The translations under genes and the position numbers were made by a program. Of a stretch of 64,000 nucleotides of DNA, positions 1-14,000 are shown piece by piece; position 1 is the stretch's first letter, and every line of letters begins with the position of its first letter. Under the pieces are notes generated by a model. The model had not been told where the DNA came from and did not search any database. It saw nothing but the letters and a program-made list of their open reading frames with translations. Origin of the DNA: Catajapyx aquilonaris (taxonomy: Eukaryota). The stretch lies in the NCBI GenBank assembly GCA_000934665.2, contig KZ538318.1:1-64000 (forward strand), written 5' to 3'.

Positions 1-1134
1 TAGTGAAACCCCTGGGGTATATGTCGGGGCCTCCGTACGGATTTGCATAGCGAATAACAGGAGAGACAGACATACGTCTAGAAATATGTATTAGATTGCT
101 TCCATTGATCATGTCGATGTATGCGACCCTATGCGGTATTTGGATAGAGCCCCTATTTTGCAATGAGTGTGACAAAAGCATGGTACTGTACTGTATTAGA
201 TATGGAAGGACTTTCACCACTGGGAGAGATGGATTAGGGCTTACATATTCGAGGCAATAAATTTCTAATATTTGGAAATTATGAAAATGCGCGAATTTCA
301 ACGAATAATGTCCGATCCCATAGGTGCTTATCATTTTTACGATTTTGGATAATATAAATTGTAAGGTAGTAACTGTCATTACATAAGCAAAATGCGGTAT
401 TAGTAAAATATTCGAGTCAAGATATAAAATCTGTGAAGCGCAATTTGTTTGTAAATATTAGGATCGAGTTTGATTGTCATATGTTGGCATTATTTTATTG
501 TGAAATGAGAGAGATCATGTAGTTGTTTCAGTGGAAATGATGCGTTTTGTTCGTGTTTGTCAAACAATTGCACAGTAATGTCGGTTTCAAACTCATTTGT
601 GCAGAATGATTGTCAGTCTTTCGCTAGTGAATGAATATTGCACGGTTTTTGTTTTTGCTATGGTCGTGTTGTGAGTCAGGAATGTTTCCAATTATGTCAT
701 ATCTAAAGTAACATTGCAATGACTCTGTACGACTGTACAGTCAATTTGGGCGGTATGTTTAAATGTAATGATTACACTTTGAGAAACCACCAGTTGCAGA
801 AATTTTCTGCGCTGAAGTAAGGCTAATGTCGCAGTTTCTGTGATATAAAAAGGGGGAGGTGGTTAGTTTCAGTTTTATTCACAAGAGTCTGTTTTCCTTC
901 AAGAGTGACATGTCACTTTCAGCAACTTGAAACAACCGCTGCTTGTCTTTTTAGGGCCGAAATTCGTCCTGAAAGGAGTGTCAATCACCAAAAGGAAGAA
1001 ACGGTTTCAGGTTGTAGCAAAAAGAGTGATGATCAACTTTGTAGCCGTTACCAGCTGACACAGCAATATAAGAATCGAACGCTCCCAATACTTACAGTCA
1101 CGAGATTTGCGTGTGATTTTCGACTAAAATGCTC

Positions 1135-1136
<2 letters not shown>

Positions 1137-1175
<39 letters not shown>
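1137..1175. repeat. (GA)n microsatellite next to an N
   Basis: Direct reading. Confidence 0.95.
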
Positions 1176-4100
1176 NGGGGGGTCCCGTTGTTTCTGATGC
1201 CACCTTCCCACCGGAATATTTAAAAAAAGCTGACATGAAATATTGCTCTGGATGTCATAACGCAGGGTTATTTGCAGCCGTATGGGCTGGAGGGTGTTTA
1301 TGATGTTAAATTATTGAAGAATTGCTGCAACTTTTTTAAATTTCGGCTTAAAGAATACACTGAAAAATGGTGACAAGTTACATTTTCGTACAGTATTAAT
1401 CGCAATTTACGTTGAAATCGCCCTGAGTGATGTGTCATAAATAATAGGTATACGTTCGTGCTACTTGATATGAATCCCAGAAACGCGTATCGAGTTTAAT
1501 ATGCAACTGCAGACAATTACGTGGAGCTAAAATATTAATGATTTGTTCAGCACTTGCATTAGAGTAATCGCCAGCCTCGATTAGCCGCCAAGACAAATAA
1601 ATGCCGTTTGTCCTAATCGACGTGGAAGTTGCAAATGGGTTCCTCGTTAATGAAATACTTGCGGCATTACCAAGCAAATCAGGCTGGTTTAGAGGGAAAT
1701 CCTTTGGCTTAAAACGTGTCTAGGACGGTTTTCCGCATTGCATTGTGCAGTGCAGTACACATGTACGATCCTAGGTTGTTTTTTTTTTTGTTTTTTGCGA
1801 GCCTGGCCAGCTAGAGGAAATGGCCACTGGGATGAGCCCAGATGATATTTCATCCTCATCATTTTTTTCCCCCCACTCCACTTCTCCCATCCCTTTCAGT
1901 TTGAATCCCGGTCCTAAAAGTAAGGCTCTCTTTGACACTGGTGGCGTGCGAGAAGCGAGGTAATGCAATGTAAAAGTAATCGCAGGAAATGTCAGGTTAG
2001 CAATCATCATTCAAAAGGCAATTTCCCCAGTGCGGTGCTTCAGGAACAAACACTGTTCCGAATCGGTTGATTGCACATAATATGGGGTTGCATGCCAGCA
2101 TGGCCGTTGAACTTGTCAAAGACTGCAGCGCTTTAAAGTAAGAAAGGGGGGGAAAAATCTGTGGGGAAGAGGCAGCAAATTACTAAACCCCAGTATGTGC
2201 AGGTATTCGCAATATTTGTTGCGTTTAATTAATACGATTCAACTGAAATTTAAGGCAAATTTCTGTGAGTTCCTATGCATAATCGGAAATGTGAATGGAT
2301 GCAACTGGCTTTTTTGTGCGAAAATTTTGACTAGTGAAGGCTAAAAATAGCGCGGTGGTAATAGACTTTTGCATTTTCCTTTAAAGATACTAAATGCGTT
2401 ATATCGTGAAATATTACAAGTCTAACCTAGCAAGTTCATTTGCATAAACTTCTTAATAATAATGCATTAATAAATTTGAGGTCCAGCCGAATATTGGCCA
2501 CGCACTGTGCATCCCAGCTGAGGACAAGGCCGATTTCCCTCGATTCCGGATTATGCAAGGATAAGTGAATCATAAGTTGGAGTGAATTAAAGTGAGGAGA
2601 GAACAGTGGGGTTAGTAGAGGAGGAGAGTCGGTGTTGGGGGTGGTAGCAGCAGGTGTTGGTGCAGTGAGTAGTCCCATCGGAGGCAAACTCCCCTAGCAA
2701 AAAGGATGGGCCAGAACTGGATCAATGCAAGCGGCCACCACGTCTGCGCCCACACCGCACCCACACCCGGCCTAACTTCACGCACGCACCCAGAAAGACA
2801 CACACTTTATGAATGATAGCGTCTTATCAACGGTGTCGGTCCACTAGGTGCTTCTCATCTGTATCCATCGAGGCGTAGCCAGCCATTTTTTAAGAGCTGC
2901 GATTTAAGGTTACATGTCCAGGTTTCCTATTGGCAGCTTGCTTCGATTTTTTTCGCGTGCATATGCGAGCGATGAATTAAGGGCTCTAATGCTCGTTATC
3001 TCATTTTTTGTGTGCATAATTTTGGCTCTTTACAGATCCATGATGCAGAAGCACATTCAGTACGATTTTCATTGCCATTCACTCGACGCAGCATTTACGG
3101 GTGAAAGTGCCGCCACAGATTCCGTACAAATAGGTTCATGTAGCCTTAAAAAAAACCGTGCATTAGCACGAGATTTTGGTCAAAGGAAACAATTTGTGTC
3201 GAATTTATGGAGGATCTTTTTGTAGACGTTCAAGTAGATGAGGGGGCAATTAAAAGACTGGCCTGTTAATGACCTGTGCATTTTAGTGTGGCGTTAAATT
3301 CCCTATGCAACCGTCAGAGTCTGATGTTCGGACTTATCAGGGTGCATTCCACGAGCTAGACACCGATCTATTACCTTGTCATTTTTAATTGGGCGTGCAG
3401 TGTTTCGTAATGAGTCAGACACTCCTAGGGTGAAAAACCAGGGAATCATTTTACATAGCGATATCATTTTGTCTCATCAGTCTCATTACTGAATGGCGTC
3501 AAACGTAAGGTGTAAAAATATCCTGGCAGGTATGCGTCCCTCCTGGCGAGTGTGACTTATTACTTATTAGGTTTGAATTTTTTTGACGAATTTCCTACAA
3601 AATTGGTGTCCAAAATTTTGAATCGGCAACGAAATGCTCTCTGTGTAGTGGTTACTGTACAGTGTGGGACAAATTCATTGATTTTGCTCCTAGCAGGACC
3701 TAACCATTTGAGTGCTGCACCTGCTGCAGTGCTCTTCACAATTTCTTAGATGAAAAACGGTAGAGGCATGTACCATGTCGTAGCAATTATGCGGTGTTGA
3801 GTTGGTGCACAGATGTTAATGCTGCTCTCACTGCAGTGGTTGCATGTTGCAAGACTAGAACTTGGTTTATGGATGTTGGATGCTTCACTTCAAAACAAGT
3901 TGCTCCCAAAGGTGCATTCGGCAGGGACCAAAAAAAAAAATCTGCAGCACTTATTTTCTCAGGGTGTGTAAGGTACGCTGCGCTGCTATTTCCATTTGAG
4001 TTAATATTTATTAAATTCCTTAGTACTCCCGACTGAACACGACTGTCTCACTCTGCAGGAAGTTAATGTTATGTGGCGCACTGTATTTATTAACTGAGCG

Positions 4101-7100
4101 GGTGAGTTTATAGTGGCTGATGACATGACGTGACTCTTAAAATCAATGTTCACAAGGTCAGTTTCGCCGAGAGATTTGCTTTAATAAGTGTTCTGAAAGG
4201 ACTCTCGAGTCTAAACCTTGTCGTTTTGCTACTTGCCGCTCATATGCTTCAGGAAGGACAGCAGTATGCGAATGGCAGATCAGTTTGAAACTGAGGGTAT
4301 GTAGGTGCTTCGGAAGTGCGATTTGTAATTACAAAATGCTAATTTAATAATTGCGGCTAACCACCGAACTGTTATTATATGCCATCGGAAAATGGTGTGT
4401 GGGACGTAAACATTTATGGGTTTATCATAAACAAGGCGTTAAACATCACACTGGCAAGGTTATCAGTATAGAGTCATATTGCGTTCCTGTTTTTATGGGG
4501 ACGCAAGAAAGAGGAAAAATTAACCGGAATTTACGCATATCAGGAGATTGTTTTGCCCTGAGTGCCCTTAACATTGATGATAATTGTTGGGTTCAATTTT
4601 GTAATAGCTTTCCTTGCATAATTCGTTTTCTATAGAAGGAAAGCTGTGCCAGATTCATGTCAGCAAAGTACACGATATACCTTTCATGCAGATGTTCGAA
4701 AAATGCCTTATACCTAATGCTTATCACTGTGAGCAATTATTGGAGGCAGTATCACGAGTGGGTGATATCACATACCATGTGAAACTCAGGATAATATCAT
4801 GCGTGAATTTTTCATAGAATCCTTCAGAGAATGAATATTTCTTGGACAAACGTTCTCATCATTATAGTAGTAGGGTGAATAGTGGGGGAAAAAACTACTT
4901 CTGGACTTAATATAGCATCTGAAAACCAGATAACACGCAAAGAAATAAGATTGCAACTTGCGGAATACGGGGCACATAACAAATATGTAATGAGAATATT
5001 CTTTCATATTTTTCTTTTGGTCACAGAGCGTGGCATGTCACGTCCGTGGATTGTCCCAACCTTCACTTTCGTAGTTTTGTCAATTTTTATGCAAGGCATA
5101 AGATGTTATTTCACTTTTTATGTTCGAGTAATGGAGAAAGGAATACTGAAGGTAAAAGCTAGTGCATTCTTTGTCCTGCAGTTCCAAATAGCATCGATTT
5201 TATTGCAAGAGTAATAATTTTGTCCCAAGGTTTCTCACGTCGCGTCCATCGACGAAAACAAAAACTGTTATAAAATCATCCAGGAAGCAGCAATGTGCAG
5301 GATTTTTGTCTTTTTGCTTGCTGATGCAGCCATATTGAGAAGCTGAATCAAAAACCTGTTGGATAGGTTGCTTGAAGGCGTGTAATTTTGCTCTAAACTT
5401 CAGATTTAGTGAAGTGTCGAGATCAGTGCGCCACGTCTATGGCACCTGGTAAATGTATAGGTAAGCAGTTCGAACTTCAATTTTTGCTCAAGTACGTGTG
5501 CTATTAGCTACAAAGAGTTTACTCATTTGAACTAAAAGTTTGTAACCTAAACTTACCACGTTTTACGTAGAATGAACAGACAGTTTGTCACGTCCGTGGA
5601 CACTACCCGTCCACAGGCGCCCCTAGGCGGGGTCAGATGTTTAAGGGCATGATTTTAATAACCTATTTGAATGTTTTGGACCATCTATACCATGTTTCTA
5701 ATGCACTCATAGCTGTACGCTACTTATTGTCAGATGTAAGCATACGGATAGGTCTCGAGTATCCTCTGAATTGACACATTTCCTGTTTCATTGTATTTGA
5801 AGCGATTTGAAGCATTACTTACATTTACATTGCGAACTGTGCTAACCACTTGGTTCAGTTCTACACCCTGTGCCACACTTAGTTCGTCAAGGTCAAGTAG
5901 ACTGTATTCTTAACTGTGTGTATACAGATGTAGATACAGCATTTTTATAATTTATTTAAAAAATGTTAAATATAAGTCGACGATCTCGGCCGCTATTTTT
6001 GTGGGAACACCAGAGGGAAGAACTGTTTTTATTTTATTTTATTTTTGGAAATGAATTTGCACCTTTTTTCACTATTGGCCCAGTAGCATTCGAAGGGAAG
6101 TCATTTTTTTAAATTCCTGTAACTGTTACTCCCATACTGGACGTTATATTTCCAAGCTTGCAGGAAAGTAAATGAAAGAGGGTTATCGTGATGCCATCGC
6201 CGGCATCGCAAGGGTGGCATGGAATGCCGGAAGTTATTACAAGTTAACATGCTAAATTATAAGAGAGCTAACTAAGGTTGCTAATAAGCCTGCATTATTG
6301 CCTGCATCTAATTTCATCCGAGGCAGGCACGTACTGAAGAAGGGCGTGAGCCAGACAGTATAACTATAGAGACTGGTAACCCAACATTACATACACGGCG
6401 GGGGGCGTCTTTCCAAAATCACGAATGACTATCGCCCATCATGAAATATGAGGCATTGCAAAACCATCAACGCCAAAAGCACACAAGGTTGAACGACACA
6501 AATTCTTCGCGACTTCTGAAAATTAAAATTGCAAAAGGCTGCGCAATGGACACTGACAAAACGTTTCAAAGAATAATGAATCATATCGCAGCAGTTGTGT
6601 CATCGGGCCAACTTGCGCCATCTGCGGCATCTCACCTTGTGACATCGCTTTGAAATCTTGAATAGTGATAACTTATTGATTTTTGGAATGACGCACACTG
6701 CCCACACTTATGCAGTGTATATGAGGCATTTTTGCTCCACAACTGCCAAGTGTCATTCAGATAAGGAGACTGATTTGCGAGCCCCCAATTAATTTTATGC
6801 GTCGCCAGGGAACGGAAAGGATGGGTGGCCTTTACCACACCCAGCTGTCCCCTTCCTGTAGCCTCAGATCTCTTGTGTACTCGAGGATTTTTACGTATAA
6901 CGCGCAAATCGGATTGTAGAATGATGCACCACGGTTTTTTTTCCATATACGTAAGGTTGAAAGCTGGGTGTCATATTGTGCAATACTGTAGATATACCCC
7001 ATAGCCACTCACATGCGATTTTAGACGAATTGCTGAGAAATAATAATCGTCACGGACTTTGTACTATAAAGCAAGTGATTTGCAGATTTTCTACTTAATA

Positions 7101-7973
7101 AATGGTGTGAAATATATGGTAATTATTCAGCTTGCACTTTTTAAATAACCGTGGCGGAGTAATTATTTTTGCACAGTAACACTTATGTTAGTTCATGGTT
7201 TTCAAAAGTTGCGTCACATTGTCGAAAGACTTCTGGCGTGGGCGATGCGGTTTTGCTGAATTAGTAATGGATTTTATGAATATGCACAGCAACAAGTGCA
7301 GCTTTGTTCCAAACATAGTTGTGTGCAGCTTATTTTCTCTGTAACCGCTTCGCTTTCTGAGAATTTTCCACTCCACATATATAACGGACAACAAAAAAAG
7401 GGAAATATTTTGAGTCTCGGTTATTACTTCAGTGCAATCCCTTCATGGAGTGTGTATACGATGGATCATAGCAGGCATTAATTGTGGCAAAAGTAGGTAT
7501 TTTCAGAAATGTTTTTGAAGGCAAATCCAACCGATATATGACAGATGCAGCCTTCTCATCAGAGTTGAAAATTGGAAGCGATCATTTGTGCTAGTGTCAA
7601 TAAACCTTGACTGCTGACAATGAACTTAAGCCTACTAATATAAAATGCTATTCGTACGGACAGACTATAACAGTGAAAATAAAGCACATGATAATGCTTT
7701 TTATGTCCTTAGGTAAAAGTGGAACAAAGAAGCAATATTTCTAAGGTTTGCGATAGAGTTTTCTAAGTGGAAAAGGGTAGACAAGTGGCTTTATAGGAGA
7801 GCGGAAATCCTTCGTCCTTGGCCCAACTCGGTCCTTTCATCCTTCCATCCGTTAATTTTTATTCATCCATTATCCAGCGGACTGCACCAGCTACAGGAAC
7901 CTCCTAAAAATATAAGAAAGATTTTTGGGGAGTTTGCACAGATGTGATGATGAATGCTCTTGTTTCTTTCCAG

Positions 7974-8016
7974 GTGCCGGAGAGTCGGGAAAAAGCACTA
8001 TAGTCAAACAGATGAA
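7974..8016 (+). CDS. Galphao: G protein alpha-o, coding exon 2 (P-loop GAGESGKSTIVKQMK)
   Basis: ttccag acceptor and gtaagt donor; 43 nt; encodes the G-alpha P-loop; frame joins the next exon. Coding exon 1 was not found in the window. Confidence 0.96.
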
Positions 8017-11000
8017 GTAAGTATTGTGTAATTTTCATTATTTTACCCAACTAGGCATAGGAATAAAATATACATATTCGTGTTTCAGGGCAAAAAAAAA
8101 AAAAAAGTTTCGGAAAATAATCAGGCACTGTACGAGGCAAATTTCAGAAAATGCTCTTTTTTTAAAAAATATATGAATTCAGCAACTCCTAGCCTGTACG
8201 ACCTTTTTGGCTAATTGCTACAAATTCTGCACAAAATTATTTGCATTTTGTTCCCAATATCAACATTGCGCATGTTGATAGAGTCGTTTTAAGTAGGGGA
8301 CGGAACGTTTCATCACTATTTTAACTTGCCTGACAGAGCCGGATTGAAAGTTTACCACTGTAATATTGTGCAATCCGATTAGCTGTTTGTTTCTTTGGAT
8401 TATTACTTCCAGTGAACGTAGATAATACTTCCATTATTCATTGCTTATTCAAATCATTCTTGTAGTGTGCGGTGTGGACTCGATGCGAATGACCAGTTTT
8501 GACCTCCCTTACCTAAATAAACAGCACATTTGCCAACGTGTACTTGGTCATATGATATGACAGACTTATAACTGCCTGATGTATGTGCTTTAGTAATAAG
8601 CTGGATCAATAAATCAGGAGCAGAGAAAGTTTCATTTGGGACCAATCACGGAGCCAAAGAAGTATTGGACAGGCCGTGCTGGTCGATACATACCCAATCG
8701 ATGGCGGTGTGTATTGACCTGCGAGTCGCGTCCCACACATCGGGAAGTCTCTAAACAAGTGCAGATACTTTGCTCAAAGACATTCCAGGGGGCCGTGACT
8801 ACAGCTGTAATCGGATTTACGACGTTTTGCTGCGACTCTGCCGGTAAGCTGTGTCTATATGCCGATGGATGTTATTCTGGATGCAGCCCATTGCCCGAAT
8901 GCACCAATGGGCGAGCGTTATATAGGTGTGAATTAAATTTTTACACCGCAGTGCATCTTTTCATCCTAATTTGAAGGGAAGGTCGGCTGATAGATTGGTC
9001 AAAAATACCGCCAAAAAAATGCATCAGATTTGGCACAAATGGGCTCTCTTGACCAAAATCCGGTTTGCGAAAATTCCCCGGGCGCCACACACCCCCGTGA
9101 ACAGAAGCCTAATACGTGGCAATGGTGGGAACCAGGCAGATGTCACATTATGCAGGGGCGGTAGGGGTCAGGTCGGGGGATTTCCTGATTGACAAAGAGG
9201 AAGAATTAAGAGCCAACCCCTCCCTCCATCCATTTGATTTCCCTCCCGCTCCCTCCCAACCCATTCAATCTTGGTTCTTTTGCGAACACCACCCCCCATC
9301 CTAAAGCTCCATCAAGCATGACAACGGTTTTGCAAATCTGCGATTCAAGCCCGCAGCAGGCAACCTGGCTAATCTGAATTCGGTGGATTTCTCGAAAAAA
9401 AAAAAAAAAAAGGGGGACGATTTGCTGGGAAGATATAGTCTACCGTATACATTGAGCGTGAGTGGCGTCGACGACATTTTCCGGCTACAGATTCATCAAG
9501 CTGACGACGGACCGATTGATTACTGTTGACCTTCTAGTGACGCTCGTTTACAGCTATACGTATCAGCAGGGCAACATGTTATTCTAATTAGAGAGAAAGA
9601 GGGGAGAAACTTTTTGATCTGGACTATTTGGGCGTAGAAATGAAGACGTCAACATGCCAAATCAGTGAGGACACTGAATTACCCTCCGGGGTTGTTTGAA
9701 GCCTCCAATAATGCAGCTTCATGGGCGTAAACAGGGATCGGAGAATTGGCTGATCGATGCTTTGCAGGAGTGAAATTGCGCTGTAAGGTTTGAAATTTTG
9801 GGTCACGTGGAGGTGGTGGATGCTGTGGACGTTAATTGTCAATAAATCCTCATTCAGTACGGTCGACTTGAATTACACAGTGTAATTTATTCCATCCGCA
9901 TCCCAATCTAACTCGTTTGTGATTTTTTGCGACAGATTTGGGATGGTGTATGTAATGCTGCGAGGAGGTAATTAACTAATAGGATAATCGAAAAGTGCAC
10001 ATTTTTGTGATGCTAGGAGTATACTGTACTGTACGGGTCTATGTTCCCTATAGCTAGGCTTGGAAGCTTGGGGGCTGACAAAGTATTCAGTATAGGAAAA
10101 CGTTTGAATTTATGATGACTATAAATATTATAAAATAAAGTTGCATAGTTATAGATTAATATAATTATTAAGAATTGACAGGCGGTCACTACTTGATACG
10201 CCCTGTAGTTTGTGGTATCTTCAGGAAATGGGGAAATGTAAATACATTGGTCGGGTCAGTGATGCAATGCATGTCATGATTCTACGAAGTCGAAAATGTA
10301 TGGTCCAGCACTCTTGGTATCTCGATATTTAATTAGTTCGCATTAATTACTGGCATGTTAGCTCTGTTGGTATGTCGTGTCGGAGGTAGTCAATTTGCAT
10401 TATGGATGTGTGATATGTTATTTAGATTTTGTCCAATTAGAGGCACGAAACCAGTATATCATACCCCATCAGCAGAATATTCTGACAGACTTATGCAATA
10501 TTTTGCATCACTTGATTAGAAACTTGATGTTTTTAACGAGAGTGAGTGGCCTACACGGTCGCTTTTGTGCAATATGTATGCGCGAACAGAACCGTGTCGT
10601 CAGCGACTCATTAACTCGAAATTCACCTGGTATGCGCGGTTGGAAAATGCCATTTTATAAAAGGTCATTTTTGACACGTTCAGCAAACGGGATAGTCATT
10701 GTGGCTAAATGGTCAAAGTGAAGCCAACTTTGAACGGCTTTAGCCGCCCAACAAAATTTGAATAGACTTTTTGGATGCCACAGTTTGAATAGGCACTCTT
10801 TGTCCTAAAGCACATTTTCACAAGGAGTTTCTAAAATACAATTCCGGACTTCAGAGCATGGCGATCATAACGCGTTATTACAATAACTGCTGCGAAGTTC
10901 CAACAGGACCATGTATAGGAGGAGGAAAGGGTCGTTGTCGCTTAATTATTAAAATAAAAGAATGCGATGTCGACATTAATGGCATGCCATCGACATTGTG

Positions 11001-14000
11001 AATGCTTGTTTTCCTATAAGTTCCTCGTGAATTAGGTAAAAGCTGGGGTTTTCTTGAGCGACAGCATGCCCAGACTCTGACACGTGAACTCTGGCATGCA
11101 AACTCGTTCCCACGAGATCTGTATTGGTCCGCAGAGGAGTCAATATTTCTCTGGTTTCGAGTCACGGCCAACATTCAGACCGGAAATTTTATACCTTTCA
11201 CGGTGATATACGACACACTGCAATCGTACTCAAAGTTATATTCATAACTTTTTATGTGTCATTTGTCTGCAGGAGTAGTTATAGGTATGACAGGAGTCCT
11301 TTACACTCTTTTAATTTGAGCACGTCGAACTTGTATCAGTAGCAGGTAAATATTATTGATAGTGGTAAAATACGGGGAGACAACCGAAGTATTGTCACTA
11401 GTGGACGTCGAGCATATTTCCTATTAGAAATAAATTGCCTGGAAATCTTAGAAGGTGTAGACGTAATTTAATAACATTCCCATTTTGGGAAGGTCGGGAG
11501 CTTAATGGCTTAAATGATGAAGTAAAGGTGGAGTAAATTACTGCCAGTTATAGTTTCAGAGGGCAAACGGACGGTAAGTGAGCGCTTTCGATTCACGTCA
11601 TGTACCGAATCGTACGGCACGGGGTTATACTTCCTTGTACGCCGACTGTATACCAGCAAAATCCGTAGAAAATAGTTAAGCATGTTCCGTGACTGGCTGA
11701 ATCATTGATATTTTTATATGGCGGTATATACAGGTTGTGTGACCTTTTATGCCCTCTGGGGTTTGCACAGGGAGTACAAATGCAGTCAATACAGTCTGCG
11801 TGACCAGTGGACATTTGCGTTGTGCGAAATTAGCTTGCTCTTTCCTCCTTGTGAATAACGACCTGGCTGAGCTTAACTAAGATGCATGCTTTGGGCTGAC
11901 CAACCCACTTTATTTGGGCGTCATTGATGTACAGGTACATACGGTAACGTCGAGTTGAAACGAGGTGCTGTATATATACGCCGGGATTTGGGGGAGCTCG
12001 ACCTAGTGACCGTCGAGGCGTCGGAGTGGAAAGTGACGGTGACGTCACCGACGTTCGGATTGCGCCATTTCACCTGTGCGGGGGTGGGAAGGGGCCAGAA
12101 ATTGAGTAGGGAGGGAGGGAAGAGGGAGAGAAACTATCGATCGGTCATCTTGAAAGGCCTACCAACCCAGACCAAAACAGGTGACTTGAGATGCTCATGT
12201 GCCAACAACCGTTTTTTTTTTTTTAAATAATATAATTTGGTTGTCAGTCCGTAAGGGATACCGACACGACGTGGTTGTTGGTGATGCCAAGATTATTAAT
12301 CACTTGCGACTTGTGAATGCCGGTGCTTCCGTTTAACGTCACCCACGAAACGCCATTCAATAAAAGAGCGGCGTAGAATGAAGCCTCGTTGGGGGCGATG
12401 AAAAACGGTTGGTTGAGGGAGGGAGGGAGGGGCACTTGACACCGAGCCGTAATTGGTTTTAGAATGCAGGTGCACAGGTTGCTCTCACGGGGAATGCTCC
12501 CATTCCTCATTTATTACCTGAATCAAGGCGTGCAAGTTAACCGGAAGTCGTGTAAGTAAGGGGGGGAACAAAAGTTCCGGATCGATCGTGGGGTTGCTGG
12601 GTACTGTATACATGAAAGTTGGGTGACATTTATTTTCGGGGATTCAGGTTCGTTGGATGTCAGGTTGCTCGTGTGACGACGTGACGTGTGGTGTGCTTTG
12701 CAAATTAGGCGCCGAAAAAGCACTGGTGCCTATTTATTCAGAGTAGGGGGGTTATAGCCAGACTTTCATCGCACTTGGGAGGCTCATTTCTTATTCATGT
12801 CTCGCAGGCTTTTTGCGAGCTGATGTTGAGAGAGGCTCAAACGGCTGGCTGGGATTTTGCACGATCTGACGACCTTGTCTGATGCTTTTTACCACCAGAT
12901 ATGCCTGTGGACAGTATGAAGTCATAATATACATTCCGGAGGGTTGTCCATGGTAAACGACTTGTCCACTGGATGTGTAAGGTCATATTGGATCCGCAAT
13001 ATTATGCAATGTGTATGACGTCGGTTGTTCAATTTGTACTGGATGCCACCGGTTTAATCGCTTCCACTCTTTGTATGGATGGTGCGCTCCTTGTGAGGAT
13101 TGGTTTGTCAACAGCGGCGGTTAATTCAGTAGGCCTAATTAAGTTTAGTTCGTAATTCAGTAATCGGCACTCTATGCACTTGTCCGTGCCGGATACGGTT
13201 CATAGGACTAATTGATTCAGCCAGCCTGTTTTCTGGAGATTGACAGGTGACTCATATCACCAAAACAGGCTATTTCCACCCGCAAAATTTGGGTGTGAAT
13301 AATATAAGCGGGGAGGGATATTTTCCAGGCTGTTTTGAACAGTTACGCACCCGGCGGTGTACACGTGGGAGCCAAGTCACGTGACGCTGGCAATATTTAA
13401 GGCGTGGCGAGTACAAGGTGGCAGAGGGGCTCGGCACATGTTTATTTTTCTAAAGTTCAAATTCCTCTTCGGGGAGGTCTCTCACTACTACTCTTCACTG
13501 CCCTGCAAACCTATCCTGACTCCATATTTTTCCGGGATGTTTGCAGGATATTGGGGACAGGGTGACCGGGAAATGCGTAATCGGCGTTTAGTTTTCTGGA
13601 CATTGAAGAGCTAGGAATATTAGAGCAACTGTTAGGATTAATTATTCATGCGGTCGAGGAAGAAAGCCTGCCAAACATTTGCCATGCCTTTCACATGCAT
13701 GTCACTTGCCTGCTGTGTGTGCAGTAAATTCATGTGTCTGGCGCGGAAAGCCAAGGCATCACTTTAGTCGGGATCACGTGTCTTTTTCTTTTTGTTTTGG
13801 CAGTGCCCTCAGTCGAACTTTGCGTGACTCGGGGTTGTGATCTTTTGACTAAGTGCTGGCCCGATCATTAGTTTTGCGGACACTACTCTAGTGAATGCAG
13901 GCATGCAGGATGGTGGCATCAAATTTGCTTCACAGTCGTTCGGATATACGCTAGTCTTGATTTATATGGCGTATATATGTACGGTGAGGTCGTTGCCTTG

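Noticed and set aside
1..7973. Galphao first coding exon (MGC... myristoylation motif)
   Set aside because: No matching sequence found; it must lie upstream of the window.
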